A DNA stretch of 64,000 bases, taken from the human T2T-CHM13v2.0 reference genome, Homo sapiens. Location of the stretch: NCBI RefSeq assembly GCF_009914755.1, contig NC_060939.1. One strand, given 5' to 3'. Of the stretch, positions 16,086-33,619 are shown in pieces. Both the position numbers and the translations under genes were made by a program. The notes below the pieces were generated by a model. The model worked only from the letters and a program-made list of their open reading frames with translations, was not told where the DNA came from and ran no database searches. Position 1 is the stretch's first letter. The number at the start of each line of letters is the position of its first letter.

Positions 16086-16908
16086 TTATCCTCCTGCTGA
16101 AAAGGTGTACGAAGAATAACATCTGAAATGAGACTTTACAAAATCTGTTCTTCCAGCGCCAGTCTCTTTCTTACTTTATATCCAAGGATATCATTCCTAA
16201 CTTCTTCCTGTTTTGTTTGTTTTACATATCTTGGAACTTTGATCTCCATATGGATATCAAGACAAAAATATAAGTTGGGGTGGGGAAGGAAAGAAATCCT
16301 AAATTAGATACTTCAGAAAACAAGTTCTTACTTAGGCTTATCTCTACTCCCTCCTGAAAGCCCATTAGATGCCAACAGATCGGCTTTGGATGGCTAGCAA
16401 CTGCCTGGACAAAGCGGAGAAAGTTCCTCAGTACATGCAAGGAGGAATGCCAAAACATTACATGCCTGTTCATGGTACAGAACCTTGGAGAGGTCCTGAA
16501 TTTGAGGTGCCACTTAAGGAAGGTGTGGGATTGACCTGACACAAGAAAACTGATGGAAGTGTATATAAGGATCAGCGAGATTTTCCATTTTCCTTCACAG
16601 CCCATGGAATGAGATGGTTACTCCTCTTCTTCCCTGTATAAGATACGACGCTTTCTGTATCAAGAGTTTTAACCCAGGAGGCTCTAGACACAGCAGTATC
16701 AGGCACAAGTGAAGGTGGCCAAGGGGTTGAGAGGGGAAAAGGGGAGGGGTGTGTGGAGGGCTCCAGAATTTAAAAAAAAAAAAGAAAAGAAGAAGAAAAA
16801 TTAACAAAATTTTACCTATTGAATCCAACTGCTATCCTCCTGCTCTGCTCCCAGGATGCCAGCAAGAGCAGCACATACTTCAAATAAGACAGTATGGGCT
16901 TTATTCTT

Positions 16909-17722
<814 letters not shown>

Positions 17723-17769
17723 ACCTTTCTAAAGAAACATACTGTGTCAAAGAAAAAAGACCTATTGAT

Positions 17770-19075
17770 GTTGACATATGGGGTCCTGTCATGAAAATGA
17801 TGAAAAGAAAATTATAAAATAAATTACATAGAACACATTTTAGAACTGAAGATCATGACTGTCCAGATTGAAAAGGCCCACTGAGCATCCAATGTCATAA
17901 GTGAAAAATGACTGTCAGGTCATATCCTTATAAAATTTCAGAACAATGAAGATGATTTTCCTAATCTTAAATGTTTTAAGATATATAGAGAGAAGAGTCA
18001 CATATAAAGGGTGGGAATCAGAAGGTCTACCAACTTCTCAAGGCAACACTGTAAGCTTAAAGAGAATAGAGCAATGCCTTCAAAACCCTGGGGAAAATGT
18101 TTCCCCCAAAATGTAATCTTTTCAAAATTTTAATCACTGATGGATATCATCGATCATTACAAAAATGCAAGTCAAAAATCACAACGAAATTCCATCTCAT
18201 ACCAGTCAGAATGGCTATTACTAAAAAGTCAAAAAATAACAGATGCTAGTGAGGTTGCGGAGAAAAGGGAAATCTTGTTCACTGTTAGTGGAAGTGTGAA
18301 TTAGTTCAACCATTGTGGGAAGCACTATGGCGATTCCTCAAAGAGCTAAAAGCAGAACTACCATTAAACCCAGCAGTCCCATTACTGGGTATATACCCAG
18401 AGGAATATAAGTCATTTTACCATTAATACACATACAGGCAAATGTTCATTGCCACATATTCACAATAACAAAGACATGGAATCAACCTAAATGCCCATTT
18501 AGACGGATTGGATAAAGGAAATGTGGTACATATACACCACACCGTGGAATACTATGCAGCCATAAAAAATGAGATCATGCCTTTTGCAGGAACATGGATG
18601 GAGCGGGAAGCTATTATCCTTAGCAAATTAATGCAGGAGCAGAAAACCAAATGCCACACGTTCTCACTTATTAGTGGGAGCTAAATGATAACTTATACAT
18701 GCAAAGAAGGACACAACAGACTCCGAGGTGGAGGAGGGTGGAAGGAGGGAGAAGAGCAGAAAAGGTAACTATTGGGTACTGGGCTTAATACCTAGGTGAC
18801 AAAATAATCTGTACAACAAACCCCCGTGACATGAGTTTATCTATGTAACAAACCTTCACGTGTACCCCTGAAGCTAACGTAAAAGTTTAACATTTTTAAT
18901 TAATATAAGAATAATAAAGACATATACAGACATATAACATCTGAAAAATTGATACCTATATGGCATTTCTTAGAATATACTTATTGATGTGTTCCACTAA
19001 AGTAAAGGAATAAAACTATAAAGAGAAAGATGTGGGACCAAGTGAATAATGATTCTATCACAGAATAGGTAAAGA
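17770..19075 (+). mobile_element. HAL1/old L1 ORF1-like remnant, interrupted by the L1PA 3' fragment
   Basis: Degenerate ORF1-like text (ccagattgaaaaggcccactgagcatcc, gagcaatgccttcaaaaccctgggg) that resumes after 18900. Confidence 0.6.
18135..18892 (+). mobile_element. L1PA15-17-type 3' end (5'-truncated L1)
   Basis: ORF2 C-terminal DNA (ccatctcataccagtcagaatggctatt) and 3'UTR (gagcagaaaaggtaactattgggtactgggcttaatacc...aaaagtt). Confidence 0.9.
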
Positions 19076-19083
19076 CATCTTCT

Positions 19084-19380
<297 letters not shown>

Positions 19381-19494
19381 TTAAATAACTTCATGTGCCT
19401 ATTGACCACCACACTGGAAAATGTGCTCTAGATGATGGTAAAGGAAACTATCAAAATGATGGGAGAGGGAGGTTTCATGAATTACAAGGTACAC

Positions 19495-19930
19495 AGCTAT
19501 AGCTGATCATGTAGTCCCCCATCTCACATCCTTTTTTGCAATGCGGCTTTCCTATGACTCTGGGAAGAGGTGGGGCTTATTCCTTCTTCTCTTAGGTCTG
19601 GACTAGCTTTGTGACTGTTGTGAACAATAGAATTGAGTAGAAATTACATTCTGGGACTTTTGAGGTCCAAACATTGAGAAATCTGGTACCTTTGGCTTTT
19701 GAATACTGGAGAAAGCCAAACAGTTTAATAACCCTGAGATGGCTATTCTATGAGGAGGCCCAAGCTCACCACATGGAGCCACCTGAGGCCTGATGAGATG
19801 GAGGGAGTCTTGAGGTCTTGATACCCTAGTCAGAATTGCTCAGCTGAGCAACCTATGGAACCGTGAGAGATGATAGAATGGATGTTGTATAAAGCCGCTG
19901 AGTTTAGTGTTGTTCGTTACCCAGCCAGCC
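19495..19930 (+). mobile_element. MLT1 (F/G/H-type) MaLR LTR
   Basis: ctttgtgactgttgtgaacaatagaat, gaggaggcccaagct and aagccgctgagtttag motifs. Confidence 0.7.
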
Positions 19931-19987
19931 CAGATTGGAGCTGGAGGAGAGAGGGTTCTGGGAGTAACATGTATAAGATGGGCCTCA

Positions 19988-20461
<474 letters not shown>

Positions 20462-20839
20462 CTAGCACACTGCAGAATTTAGTTCGTGAACATTAGGTAG
20501 CATGTACAATCATAATGCAAACAGAATTCTCCTATTGAGAGTCTGGAAATGATGGAAGAGAGGAAGAAGATGTATCTCTTCTTCCCCCCACTCTGGAGGT
20601 GGGGAGAATGTAAGAGCAATTAAATATTCATCGTCTTTAGTGGAAGACAATAGATAATCTCTCTAAATGAAAATATCAAACATGTTGGTTATATACCAGT
20701 AGAAAAATCGAAAGAATTGTATGTGTTTGCTACTGAGGAACATGAATTTGGGGTCTAGATGAGTGAAATAAATACTGCATGTTTTTCATACAGGATTATT
20801 TCACATATTGGAAGATAAATACATATTTTGAGATATTAC

Positions 20840-21186
<347 letters not shown>

Positions 21187-21478
21187 TGAAGTAACTCCAG
21201 TTGTCAGAACCTGGTTAAAAGCCTCCCCTGGTTAGGCCATCCTAGCCAAGGATGAGAAAGTCTTCCCACAGGGAGACAGCCCACAGTCAGTAGTCTCGGC
21301 TTTAATTTTGCCATTTCTGCACCTCCTCTTGTGCACTTATACACATTTTAGTGGGGAAATAAGAGAGGGCAAGTCCGCAGGTGTTAGTTGGTAAACTTTA
21401 CTGCCCTAAAACCCCAAACTCTTTTTTCATGCGGTCTCCTCTGACCCAGATCGTCTTCAAATATCGAACGCTGAATTG

Positions 21479-21795
<317 letters not shown>

Positions 21796-21834
21796 ACTGA
21801 ATTAAGCTTCATAATTTACTTAGTTTTTAATTAA

Positions 21835-22003
21835 TTTATTTATTTTTAGAGATGGAGCCTTGCTATGTTGCCCAGGCTGGAGAGCTATGGCTACTCACAG
21901 GCACAATTATGGTGCACTATGGCCTCAAACTGCTGGCCTCAAGTGATCCTCCTCCCTCAGCCTCCCTGAGCATCTGGACTACAGAGACACCACCACACTT
22001 GGC
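21835..22003 (-). mobile_element. FAM (fossil Alu monomer)
   Basis: Monomer carrying the FAM-specific segment tggctactcacaggcacaattatggtgcactat. Confidence 0.85.
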
Positions 22004-22489
22004 TTTTAACTTACATAGCTTCAATCACAAAGCCTAATAGGACCTGATTGTCATGAGCTTTTTGGAAAGAAGTTGAAATAGAGGATTGCGGAGGAGGGTA
22101 TGATGTCTCACGGATTGCCCAGCAGATCCAAATTATGCTTCCCGGAGATGTGACTACTTTAGTATTTACCAAAGGGCATTGATACTCTGATTGGTCTTTT
22201 CATATGGGTGGAGAACTAGAACAGACTCCTCCAGGCTAGTTGTGTTTAAGCAGGAGTTGAAGGCAGCAGGGAAGTCCTCTTTGAAATAGGATTGCAATCT
22301 GAGGCTGGTAATTCAGGTCATTGGCACGGAGCAGGGAGAAGGAAGTCAGTATCTTTTGTGAAAAAGAAACAGCTGAAGTGGGGCTGCATAATAATGTCTC
22401 ATCAAGAAGACCTTGGTTCAGGGTCCTTCACTATGATGAGCATGAAAACTGAAATTCTAATCTGGAATTGAAGAGGAATCCAACTATAA

Positions 22490-22798
<309 letters not shown>

Positions 22799-24709
22799 AA
22801 TAAGCTCACTATTAATTCTTTCTTTTCTTCTCCATTAAATTGACTCCCATAGTCCTTCATATCCTTCCAGAAAGTCCTTTGATTTCTTTGACTCCCCGCC
22901 CCCCTATGATGGAGTAAGATGTCCCTCCTCTCCACCCCAACAGAGCTCTGTGCTTGTCCTTCTGCTAGCATTCACCCCACCCTCCACAGCTTCCTACTTG
23001 CTTGTCTCCATCTCCCACAAAATTTTTAAGTGCTCAGAGAGAACCGTTCATTGTTTCACCCTCAGGACCCAGCACAGAGAAATGTCTCAAATATATTTGT
23101 TAAACACAGGCAGTAAAATATGCACATGTATTTATATTCTTAGACAATGTATGCCCTTTATTGATGGATTCTCACGCTCTCAAGCCATTAGATATATCCA
23201 TGTGGTTCCCAAATGTCATCATGCCTTTCCTAGCCTGGGATGCAAAATCCACAAGTCTGAGGCCGTTATGTTTTCTAAGACTCATCTAATTTTAAAATAA
23301 GCAATAAAACAAAACAATAGTCCTTATTTCCTTAAGCTAAGCCTTCTTACAATGGTATACTTTGCTTTTACTTGCAACCTCAACTATCTTAAAGAGGTGA
23401 CCCAGAAAGACTACTCATGCTTCCCCCGGGGCTCTCTGAAAACTTCCTTTCTTAAAGCTATTTAGTGGGCATATGACCCAACCAAATGACCCTTTTTAAT
23501 AGACATTCCCCCCACACCTGGCTTTTATTATGTCATAGGAGGTAAAGAGAAATCCCAAGACCCTTCCCCAAACCTAGAGAGCTGCTGGCCTTCAGAGCTG
23601 ACCCCCTTCCTTCAGACTGTCCCTGCAGCGGTTCTGCAAAATCACACTCACAGCACACTGTGTATTGTGGGGTTGGCATAGATGTTTTGAAACTAGGCAG
23701 ACCTTGTGCAGTGTTTAGTTTTTGGCAGAATTTATGTTTTTGGCTGGCTGCCACTGTGAAATGTGTTTAGTTTTAACTGACAGTCCTGGTCAACACTGCA
23801 GGTCATAGGTAAGTCTAGCTCATTCTGACTAGGTGAAGCCAGATCTGCTGCTTCCCAGTTTTCTTTTGGTTTTTTACTGTCTTGGTAAAGAAGAATTTCT
23901 AATAGACACATAGCAAAACATTTCTGTCCTTCTACCTGATCCTCTGTGATAAACTCTTCCTGCTCTGTGATGACATTCTTCTTCAGTGACCAGACATCCA
24001 GGGGTTGGGAGAAGCTACTCGGGAAGTTGCAAGAGTAGGGATTAGGCTGTACACTGGGAAGTAAGACTGTGGTGTGGTATGGAGCAGAAGGTTGCCGGGA
24101 GAAATCCTCAGGAGTGTAAAATGTGACATTTTCCTCCTTAAACCTGGGCTGGAGCAGTGTCAGGAGCAATCTGGCAGGATGCTGAAGAGCAGTGAGAGGA
24201 GGACGGGAGTACCGCCAACCTGACATGAGACCTTGATGTTGGGGCACCAGGGTCATTGAGACACAAGGAGTCTCTGTTTCATTTTTCTCCCCCCAGAGGG
24301 ATTTGCACCCAACCATCTTGTGACTGCTTTTTTAATTCAGTTCAGTGAAAATGACCGTGCTTTTTCCTACTATCTCAACCAAAATTTGTATCCATGCCAG
24401 GCTGGGAAAGCATATACTTCCTGAATGAAAAGTGTGATCCAACCATTATGAGCCCCAGAGGGTCTTTGTGGGATTAGTCACTGAGTTGCAGTATGGCAGA
24501 GGTGTGGGGTCAATACCATTTCCACTGTGATATGACAATGACATTGAGGACTTGTCAAAGTCAAAGATCACCCACCGAGTTTGTAAATATGATTTAAAAG
24601 CTGAGAGAAATGATGACCATATGACAATTAGCAATAATCACTTGAGAATCTTCAGTATTCGGGATGCATTTATTTTCTTTTTAAAAAAGAAGGTAAATAA
24701 TATCATGAC

Positions 24710-24853
24710 ATTATAAGTTCCATGAAGGAGGGAGTTTCATCTATGAATTTTTTATTGTTCACTGCTAAATGGTAGGTTTAGCCTGACACATAGTGGCTAC
24801 ACATACTCAAGAAATATACATCAAATGGATAAATGAATGAATGAATGAATGAA
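24710..24853 (+). mobile_element. L2 3' end with (TGAA)n tail
   Basis: ataagttccatgaagg...gcctgacacatagt...aaatgaatgaatgaatgaa. Confidence 0.75.
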
Positions 24854-26589
24854 AAGTGTGTTTTTAGAGAGCACTTAAAATGAGAAAGTTTAACATTCAC
24901 GGTGTGTCTAATAAAACCTGAATTGAATTGTAGCAAACATAATCCTGGCTGACATGAGAAATTTTACCAGATGCATATTATTTTATTTTGGGGGTTATGA
25001 TTTACACATTAGTGTTGTATTAAAATGTAATATGAAGAAACATACAGAATTTAAATATGTTAATTCAAACTCAAATTATATGTATACACACATATACACA
25101 AGCATACATTACACATATATGTGATATATGAATTTTTTCCTTTTCATAATTAAGAAATGCCAAGCAATACTATTAAGAGACAATTTTGGATGTAAAATTC
25201 CCTAAAGCTATCCAATACAGAAGCAAAGGGTGAAACGGAGCTGCAGACTCAAATGGCTTGGCTCTGTATTTCAGGGGCAAATGAGGCTACATATTTAGAA
25301 GGAACTGTACCTGTATTAATTTTTTTCTCCATCCTGCTGGGCCTTTGTGGATTTTGCTCATGACTTCTGTTAACATGTGCTGGGCCAATAATGTTATAGA
25401 TCATAGGACACATCCCCCATATTGTGGGGAATTTGCATCCCATGCTTTAATTACCCTTTGGTTTCTGAAGAGGTAAGGGCTGAATCCAGCAGTCCTTTCC
25501 TAACAGGCCTGTGGTTCAGGCCTGGCTTGGAAAGGGCCCCAGGGGCTGGCAGGCACTCCAGGCAAATTTTCCAGCAGCAGCACGGCCCCATTTGCCTCCT
25601 TCAACAGGTCTTCAGTTGGCTGTATTAGTTCATCGGCTTCAGACTTTGAATTGGCACAAATGCATTGTGTGGATGGGGCAGTCGCATTGACTGGCCTGGA
25701 ACTAATTAAAAACTGGAATATTTTAGATCACTAGGAAGAGAGCATGGCCAGATTTGCAGGGATGGTGCAAGTGAACTGAAAGAGCAAATTAACCCAGCCC
25801 CTTGAGAAAGATTCCTGCTGCCCGACCTTAGGTAGCCTCAGCTGGGCTTGGGCATATCCCGGTGTGAGATGACCCCTGCAAACCTGACAGGTACTCAACC
25901 ATCTCAGCTGCTTAGGAAACATTCTTTTTTTTTTTTTTTTCCTAAATATTCCTAGTGGCACCATGTTTTATGAAAAAGAGCAAGTTTGCCAAGCTTGTTA
26001 GCTTCAGGGAAAAGACATATCCAAGTGAGTGAAGGACTGTGAAGGGCATTTATAATGAGGGAAATTTACTGCCTGGTTGAGCGTCAGGGGCTGTGTTCTG
26101 AGGACTGGACTTCAGGCACACCCAGTGACCTCCCGCCACAGTGGGACACCATCCAGAGGACTTCCTTCTGACCTTTCCCCTCAGGCACGTCCTAAGGCAC
26201 CTTGCTTGTCCTCTTTGTCACCACTTGCTATTTTGCATTCTGTCTGAACTATAAGAAACACACACTCACCTTGGCTAAGATGGAGTGTTGTCTTGCTGAG
26301 GACTTCACCATGGCTCGCCCGTAACTGCTGTCTCGCTCCAGGTTTGGGGAACACTTTAAGCTTGTTTTCAGCCTTAACAGTCTTAGCTCAGAGCCAAGAG
26401 TTGTGAATCCAAAAAATATCCATTGCTAGTTTTTGGTGTTTTGTTTTTATTTTTGTATTTTTTGATACCTACAATTTATTGGGCTGGTATGTATGTGCCC
26501 AGCACTGGGCTAAATTATGGAAGACACTAGTCCATTTAATCAACACAACAACAAAAAAGTAAAGAAATTAATATTGTTATTCAGCTTTT

Positions 26590-27410
<821 letters not shown>

Positions 27411-29365
27411 ATTATTCTCTTTTATATGTCAGGGATCCGAGGTACAGAGAGGTGCTTACCACGGGTCATGCAGTAGTTAAGGGATAGAACTAGGATTTAT
27501 ATGCAAGGACCTGTCACTCCAGAATGTATTGTTTTCATTTCTGTCTTCTCCAACCTGTATAAAGGACAGATGTCCGTCCCACAGTGATAGGCTGTATATT
27601 ATGAAACTGAAGCATGAGCTAAGTGAACACCAAGAAGTTTTACATGAATTAAATCTTCATCATCTTCCTAATGACTTTTCTAAACTTGATCTTTGATGCT
27701 AAATTATACCACATTATTCCAAAATGTCAGGATTAGATAAGTACAATAATAATTTTAATCATAAAAGAAATTCATTTTTTGGTGTTTCCAAATAACCAGT
27801 CATGATTTGGAGGTAACTCCTAGAACAGTGTAAGTCATTGTTCTGGCTTGATAAATGTATTGATTCTTACCAAAAATAATGAAAAGCTTCAGCCATTTCA
27901 TTCTACTGTGGACTAACCCCAAACATTATGATGATAGTTACTTGGTACTAGCACTGCAATAGATCTTTTATACATTTTATTCTACCAAATCATATAAATG
28001 CTCCCATTTTACAGATGAGAAATCCAAAATTAAAAATAAAACATTATAGTTCAATCTGCCTGATCCCAGTATCCAGGTTCTTTCTGCTACCTTTTACATC
28101 CCGGGTACTGCTTGCCTTGCGTCATGCAGTTGAACATCAGTGAATCAGATGCAAACAAAATATTTGTACATAAGCTGCTGTGAATTATAGATATATGGCT
28201 TTTGGGAAGAACTGGAATGATCGCTGAACATGAACAATTTGTAAAAGTCTTTGAAGGACAGAGGCTTATGTAAATGGATTAGGGAATAGCCTTTTGACAA
28301 GGACAATACATATTTCATGTCTAGTAAAATGCTGTACCTGCCACCATATCCTGCAAGTCCTGGCAGCTGCTTCTAACAACCCAGCTTTCATGAAGGATCT
28401 GGTCTGGGGAGCGTGTTCAGCAATCCTCTGCTCAAGCTGCCTGGCTCCTTTTCAAAATGTTTCCTATGTCTCAGCCTCCAACTCAACTCTTCATCCTGGA
28501 AAAGTCTGTGTCTCATTCCAGCTCAGTGCTGTGATTTATTTTTGGCGGGCAAAGGGAAGAATTAGTCATACCTACTCTTCTGTTTGAGTCTAATGGGAGC
28601 ATTGTGACTGGTGGTAAAGATGGTGGTTTATCAGCCTGGTGATTTGTAGAGTTTATGGCATGGGCCCCCTTGTTCCTCTGAATTTCCTTTCCCCTGTGAG
28701 TCACTCTGCAATAATAATGAAGAGGTGAGGTCCAAAGTTTGACAGTGGACCTCCTTGTACTCAGCTTTCAGCATTGCAATAATTCCATATTGTCAGAGAA
28801 AAGATGATGTCATCTCCTTAACAGTTGAAAACAAAGGGGGACAAATAAAAATGACCAGGCCACCCAAAGAACTGCCAATCAATACTATTGACAATGGAAG
28901 AGGAAGGCATTCTTTCAATCATAAAGTATGACTGAGCTAAGCAGTATTGACCTTGGGGTAAGGCATTTCTTAGGATTTAATGAATGGCTAGGAAGCTGAT
29001 GGACCTTTAGTCAAACTGGTTATTAACTGCCTGAAAGTGTCTGACCCTGGAAACCATAATTGCTGCTACAAATGCAAGCACATAAGAGAGCCCAAGTCTG
29101 GCTTAGACAATGTGCTGTTGTAAGCAAGTCCCAATGCTGAACCATAAGACTGACCTTTACAGATTTGCCTGGGCATCCCCCACCACAGAACTGCATACCA
29201 TTCTCAAAGGACATAATTTCATGAAGACCCAATGCTAGAAATAAGTTCTAGAAATAAAAAAGGATAGCATTTGCCCGTCTCACAGAATAGAATATTATAC
29301 ACTCTAGTAGAACAATTCACCTCAAAGCTGATAGACTGAACTGATATTGCTATGATTATAGCGGC

Positions 29366-29681
29366 CAGCGCTGTCCATCAGAAATATAAGGTGAGCCACG
29401 TATGTAATTTACAATTTGCTACTAGCCACATTACAAGAGTGATTGCATTTTAATAACATAATTAACCCAGTAGATACAAAATACTGTCATTTCTACATGA
29501 TAGTATTTTTTACATGTACTCAGTAAAAAAATTATTCACGAGATACTGCTTTTATTTTTTACACAAAGATTTTATATTCCAGTATGTATTTCACACTTAC
29601 ACCACATCTCAATTCAGACTAGCCACACTTCAAGTGCCCAAGAGCCATATGTGGTTAGTGGCTATCATTGTGGACATTGCA
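29366..29681. mobile_element. MER33 (hAT-Charlie non-autonomous DNA transposon)
   Basis: cagcgctgtcca...gagccacgtatgtaattt...ctagccacacttcaagtgc...tggacattgcag. Confidence 0.85.
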
Positions 29682-29989
29682 GGCATAGAAAATTGTTTTG
29701 GAATTAGTAATGCATTAGAATGTTCAGCTGGATAAGATGGCCCAAATAATAGGGTGCCATTTCCCCAGTATGATCAGCAAAGAGCTAACTTAGGCAAAAA
29801 TGCTAAATAAATGTGAATTATCTATGTTAGAAGAGAGAGAGGAATTCATAAATGGTATTTGAGTTTAGAAAGAGTTTTCACAGACAATGACTAACTTTTG
29901 CCGTTTTCTCTGATACTGCACTGATTTAGCTTTGCTTGGAGACATGTTTCTGGATTTTTAGGAGTCAGGAGACTCTGGAATGGAGTTGC

Positions 29990-30220
29990 AAGGGAAGCAA
30001 TATAGCATAGTGGAGATATTCTTGAGAAACAGCCTGGGTTTCAGGAACAGGTAAAGCTATCCCTGCCACTTTCCACTTGGTGACATAGGGCAAACTACTT
30101 TACTTTGAGGAGCTAAGTCTTCTGGTTGCTAACGTGTGGATGATATCTTCACCTCCTTTCTGTTGTTGCTGTTGTGGGACTGAATGTGATAATGTTGACA
30201 AGTGTGCATGCTGGTACCAT
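29990..30220 (+). mobile_element. MIR
   Basis: gcaatatagcatagtgg...ctgccactt...gtgacatagggcaaactacttt. Confidence 0.55.
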
Positions 30221-30858
30221 CATCACCACCTGCAGTAGCATCAGAAAGCAACAGAAAAGTTGTCCACTAATATGACTCTGCAACCAGGTCCCCAGAACAC
30301 CAGACTTGCCCAGGCACTCCTCAGGGAGTAGATGGGACGATTGTATTAAGAGGCATAATAGTTCAGTTGCCAGAAGGCAAGCCAAATTAGTGTCACAGCG
30401 ATGGCAGTGTCTGGAGGAATGTGGCTGCTAATGGAAACGGATGAATCTAAGAAAAGGGAAACCCAGTGGAGAAGTGGTGGGTATAGGATCAAGGATCCAG
30501 TAGATTCCTCATGAAGAATATGCAGGTTGAAAGCAGAAGTGGAGCAGAATTATCACTAAAAGGGCAGTCTCCTGAGCAGTGAGTCAAGAAGGAAAACCAG
30601 GGAGTCAAGAAGCGTTGACCTGCAGTTAGAGAATCAACCTTCGAAAAATCCGAAAGATAAATTGCATATTACTAAAGAGGAAGATCAAGTTTATTCCTCC
30701 TTCTTCTTTTATTTTATTTTTTTTATCATTACCTGAAACACAGCAAATTCTAAATAAATGTTTCATGAATGACTGACTGGCAGGCTGGCTCACTGGTGGA
30801 GGAAGCCTGTGATCAGAGCCTGAGTAGCCCAGCCAGTCTTGAAGGAGTTGCATCTTTA

Positions 30859-31473
<615 letters not shown>

Positions 31474-32529
31474 CTATGCCTGCAAGCAATTCTTGAGGGC
31501 CAGTTTCAAAAAGTCATCTCCTAAGAATTCCATGATGCTATCATGTACCCATGAAGATCAGGTTAGCCCTGCTCCTCGGCAGAAAGCATCTTTATGATGA
31601 CAGTCTTGTGCATATTACAGCCAGTGAGCTTTTCTCCTGGGTGGCCTTTAGATAAACCCTGTGAAATTCTGGCTCCCTGAATTCCTTTTCTCATGTTTCA
31701 AGCTGAGCAGCCTTTTCTGTGTGTATAGAGTCTCTCCAAATAGTCAAAGGCCATTGGTTAGGTTTCTACTCACCCCATTCCAATCCTAGTCCTATCCCAC
31801 CTTCCTGATTTCACAACCAAGATACCTTAATAAGTGTTTGAGGAGTTCCCAAACTCTTTGTCCTCATATTTGCAGAAAAGTTTCTGGTTCACTGCAGAAG
31901 TTAATTCACACATGCCAGTGTGGTTAATAGTTAGATTTCAAAAAATCAACTTTATTTTCTTATTCTTTTGGTCTTCAGCTTGCCTGTCTGAGCCACCAAC
32001 TTGAGTAAAACGTTCTTTTACTGTGTGGTGTTGACTGCACTTTGGGTGGGATTGAAGAGCACAAAGTAAGACCAAGAATCATTTCCTCACTGTCCACATG
32101 TGAAACTTGCATTTTTTTTCACATGATTGCAAGCGCAGCAACAAAATCTACTGCTATTTGTGACTCTGAGAAAGTCAGTAAAAACTACTCACATTTAAAG
32201 GTCTCATTCAAGGTAGGTCAGCTCTACAGTACCGCTTCCCAGATGTGTCAGAAGTTTGGAGGTGTTGCTTGAAGCCTTCACTGAAGAATTGCTTCTGCCA
32301 TCTAGGTTTGTTTTTAAATAACATGTGATTAGACTTGTTTCTATTTACAGGTCTCTACACACCTGGTTTATCAGCCCTGTGGTTCAAAGAGCATCCGTTT
32401 AAAGCCAGTAGACAAGACTGATGTCAAGTTATTGCTACTGGGAATTCTGTCTTTACATTTACTGTTAAATTCAAGATAACATCTAAGGATACAGATGAAA
32501 AACATAAATTGATGATGGCACTGAATAAT

Positions 32530-32780
32530 GATGTTAATTATCATTTAACACGTGTATATTATGTTGCAGACACAATGCAGACACAAAGCGTTTACTCTTT
32601 TTCAGCTATTACCTCATTTGGGTTTCACAATAATCCTGTGAGAAATAATATCTCCATTTCACAGAAGAAAACATGAGGCTCAAATCGTTAAGATGCATTT
32701 CAGATTCATGCAGTTTATAAGTGGTGGAGCCCAGATACAAACAGAGGATTGATGAACTCCAGGGTTTAGGCTCTTACTAA
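32530..32780 (-). mobile_element. MIR
   Basis: MIR core ctccatttcacagaagaaaacatgaggctca...gtggagcccagatacaaac. Confidence 0.75.
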
Positions 32781-33619
32781 TACGTAAGAAGCAGGTACCA
32801 ACCAGCACCGGCAGCCTAAACAGTTTCTGGAGGAATTTCAGGTTGGAGATAGATTAATACAAATGGATCTACACTGGCAGAGAGAATAGAAAAGTTTAAA
32901 AAAGTGTTTTTTTCTGTAAAAATATTAATGGCAAAATAGAAGACAACGTGATAAGGAGCAGTGAAAATCACAGGAGAGCTGGGGGAGAGACAGCTATGGA
33001 GGATTTTGAGACCATCCAGAGAAGAAAACAATGACTCCCTGTGCTTATGAGAAGAGAGCTGGAGACACATCATGAACTTTTTCAAATGCTTCCAGCATAC
33101 CATAGCTTACATTGTCACCAGAATGATTTAAGAGAAACCTATGTTAGAAGTCCTTTTGGTGGCAACTCCGTAATCTGCTCAGTGTCCAACAAGACTCTTT
33201 CCAGCCACCAAATAAACAATTCTAAGGCATAGCTCTGATGGTTAATTTTATGTCATAGGAAATTTATTTTAACCTGCTTTTATTTCATGGGTGCTTTCCA
33301 AGTTTTGCATGCTAACTACAAAGGGACAAATGTTTCCCATCAGGCCAGAAGGAGAAGAGATGGGCCATAAACAGAATCTAGACTAAAAATACAAAAACCA
33401 TTTCTTGAAATAAAATATTTATAATTCACGCATTTGAAAAAACCCACACCCCTTTGCCTGGAGTCATTTCTGATAACGATTAAAGATCTTTTAAAAGGTA
33501 TATCAGATTCCCCTTAGGCTGTATTTCATTTTTTTTGCCCACTTTCTTACAGAAGCCATTATTACCGGTATATCCTATCAGCAGCTTGTCTCAGCTCTAC
33601 CGTGTGCCTTTTTTCTGTT

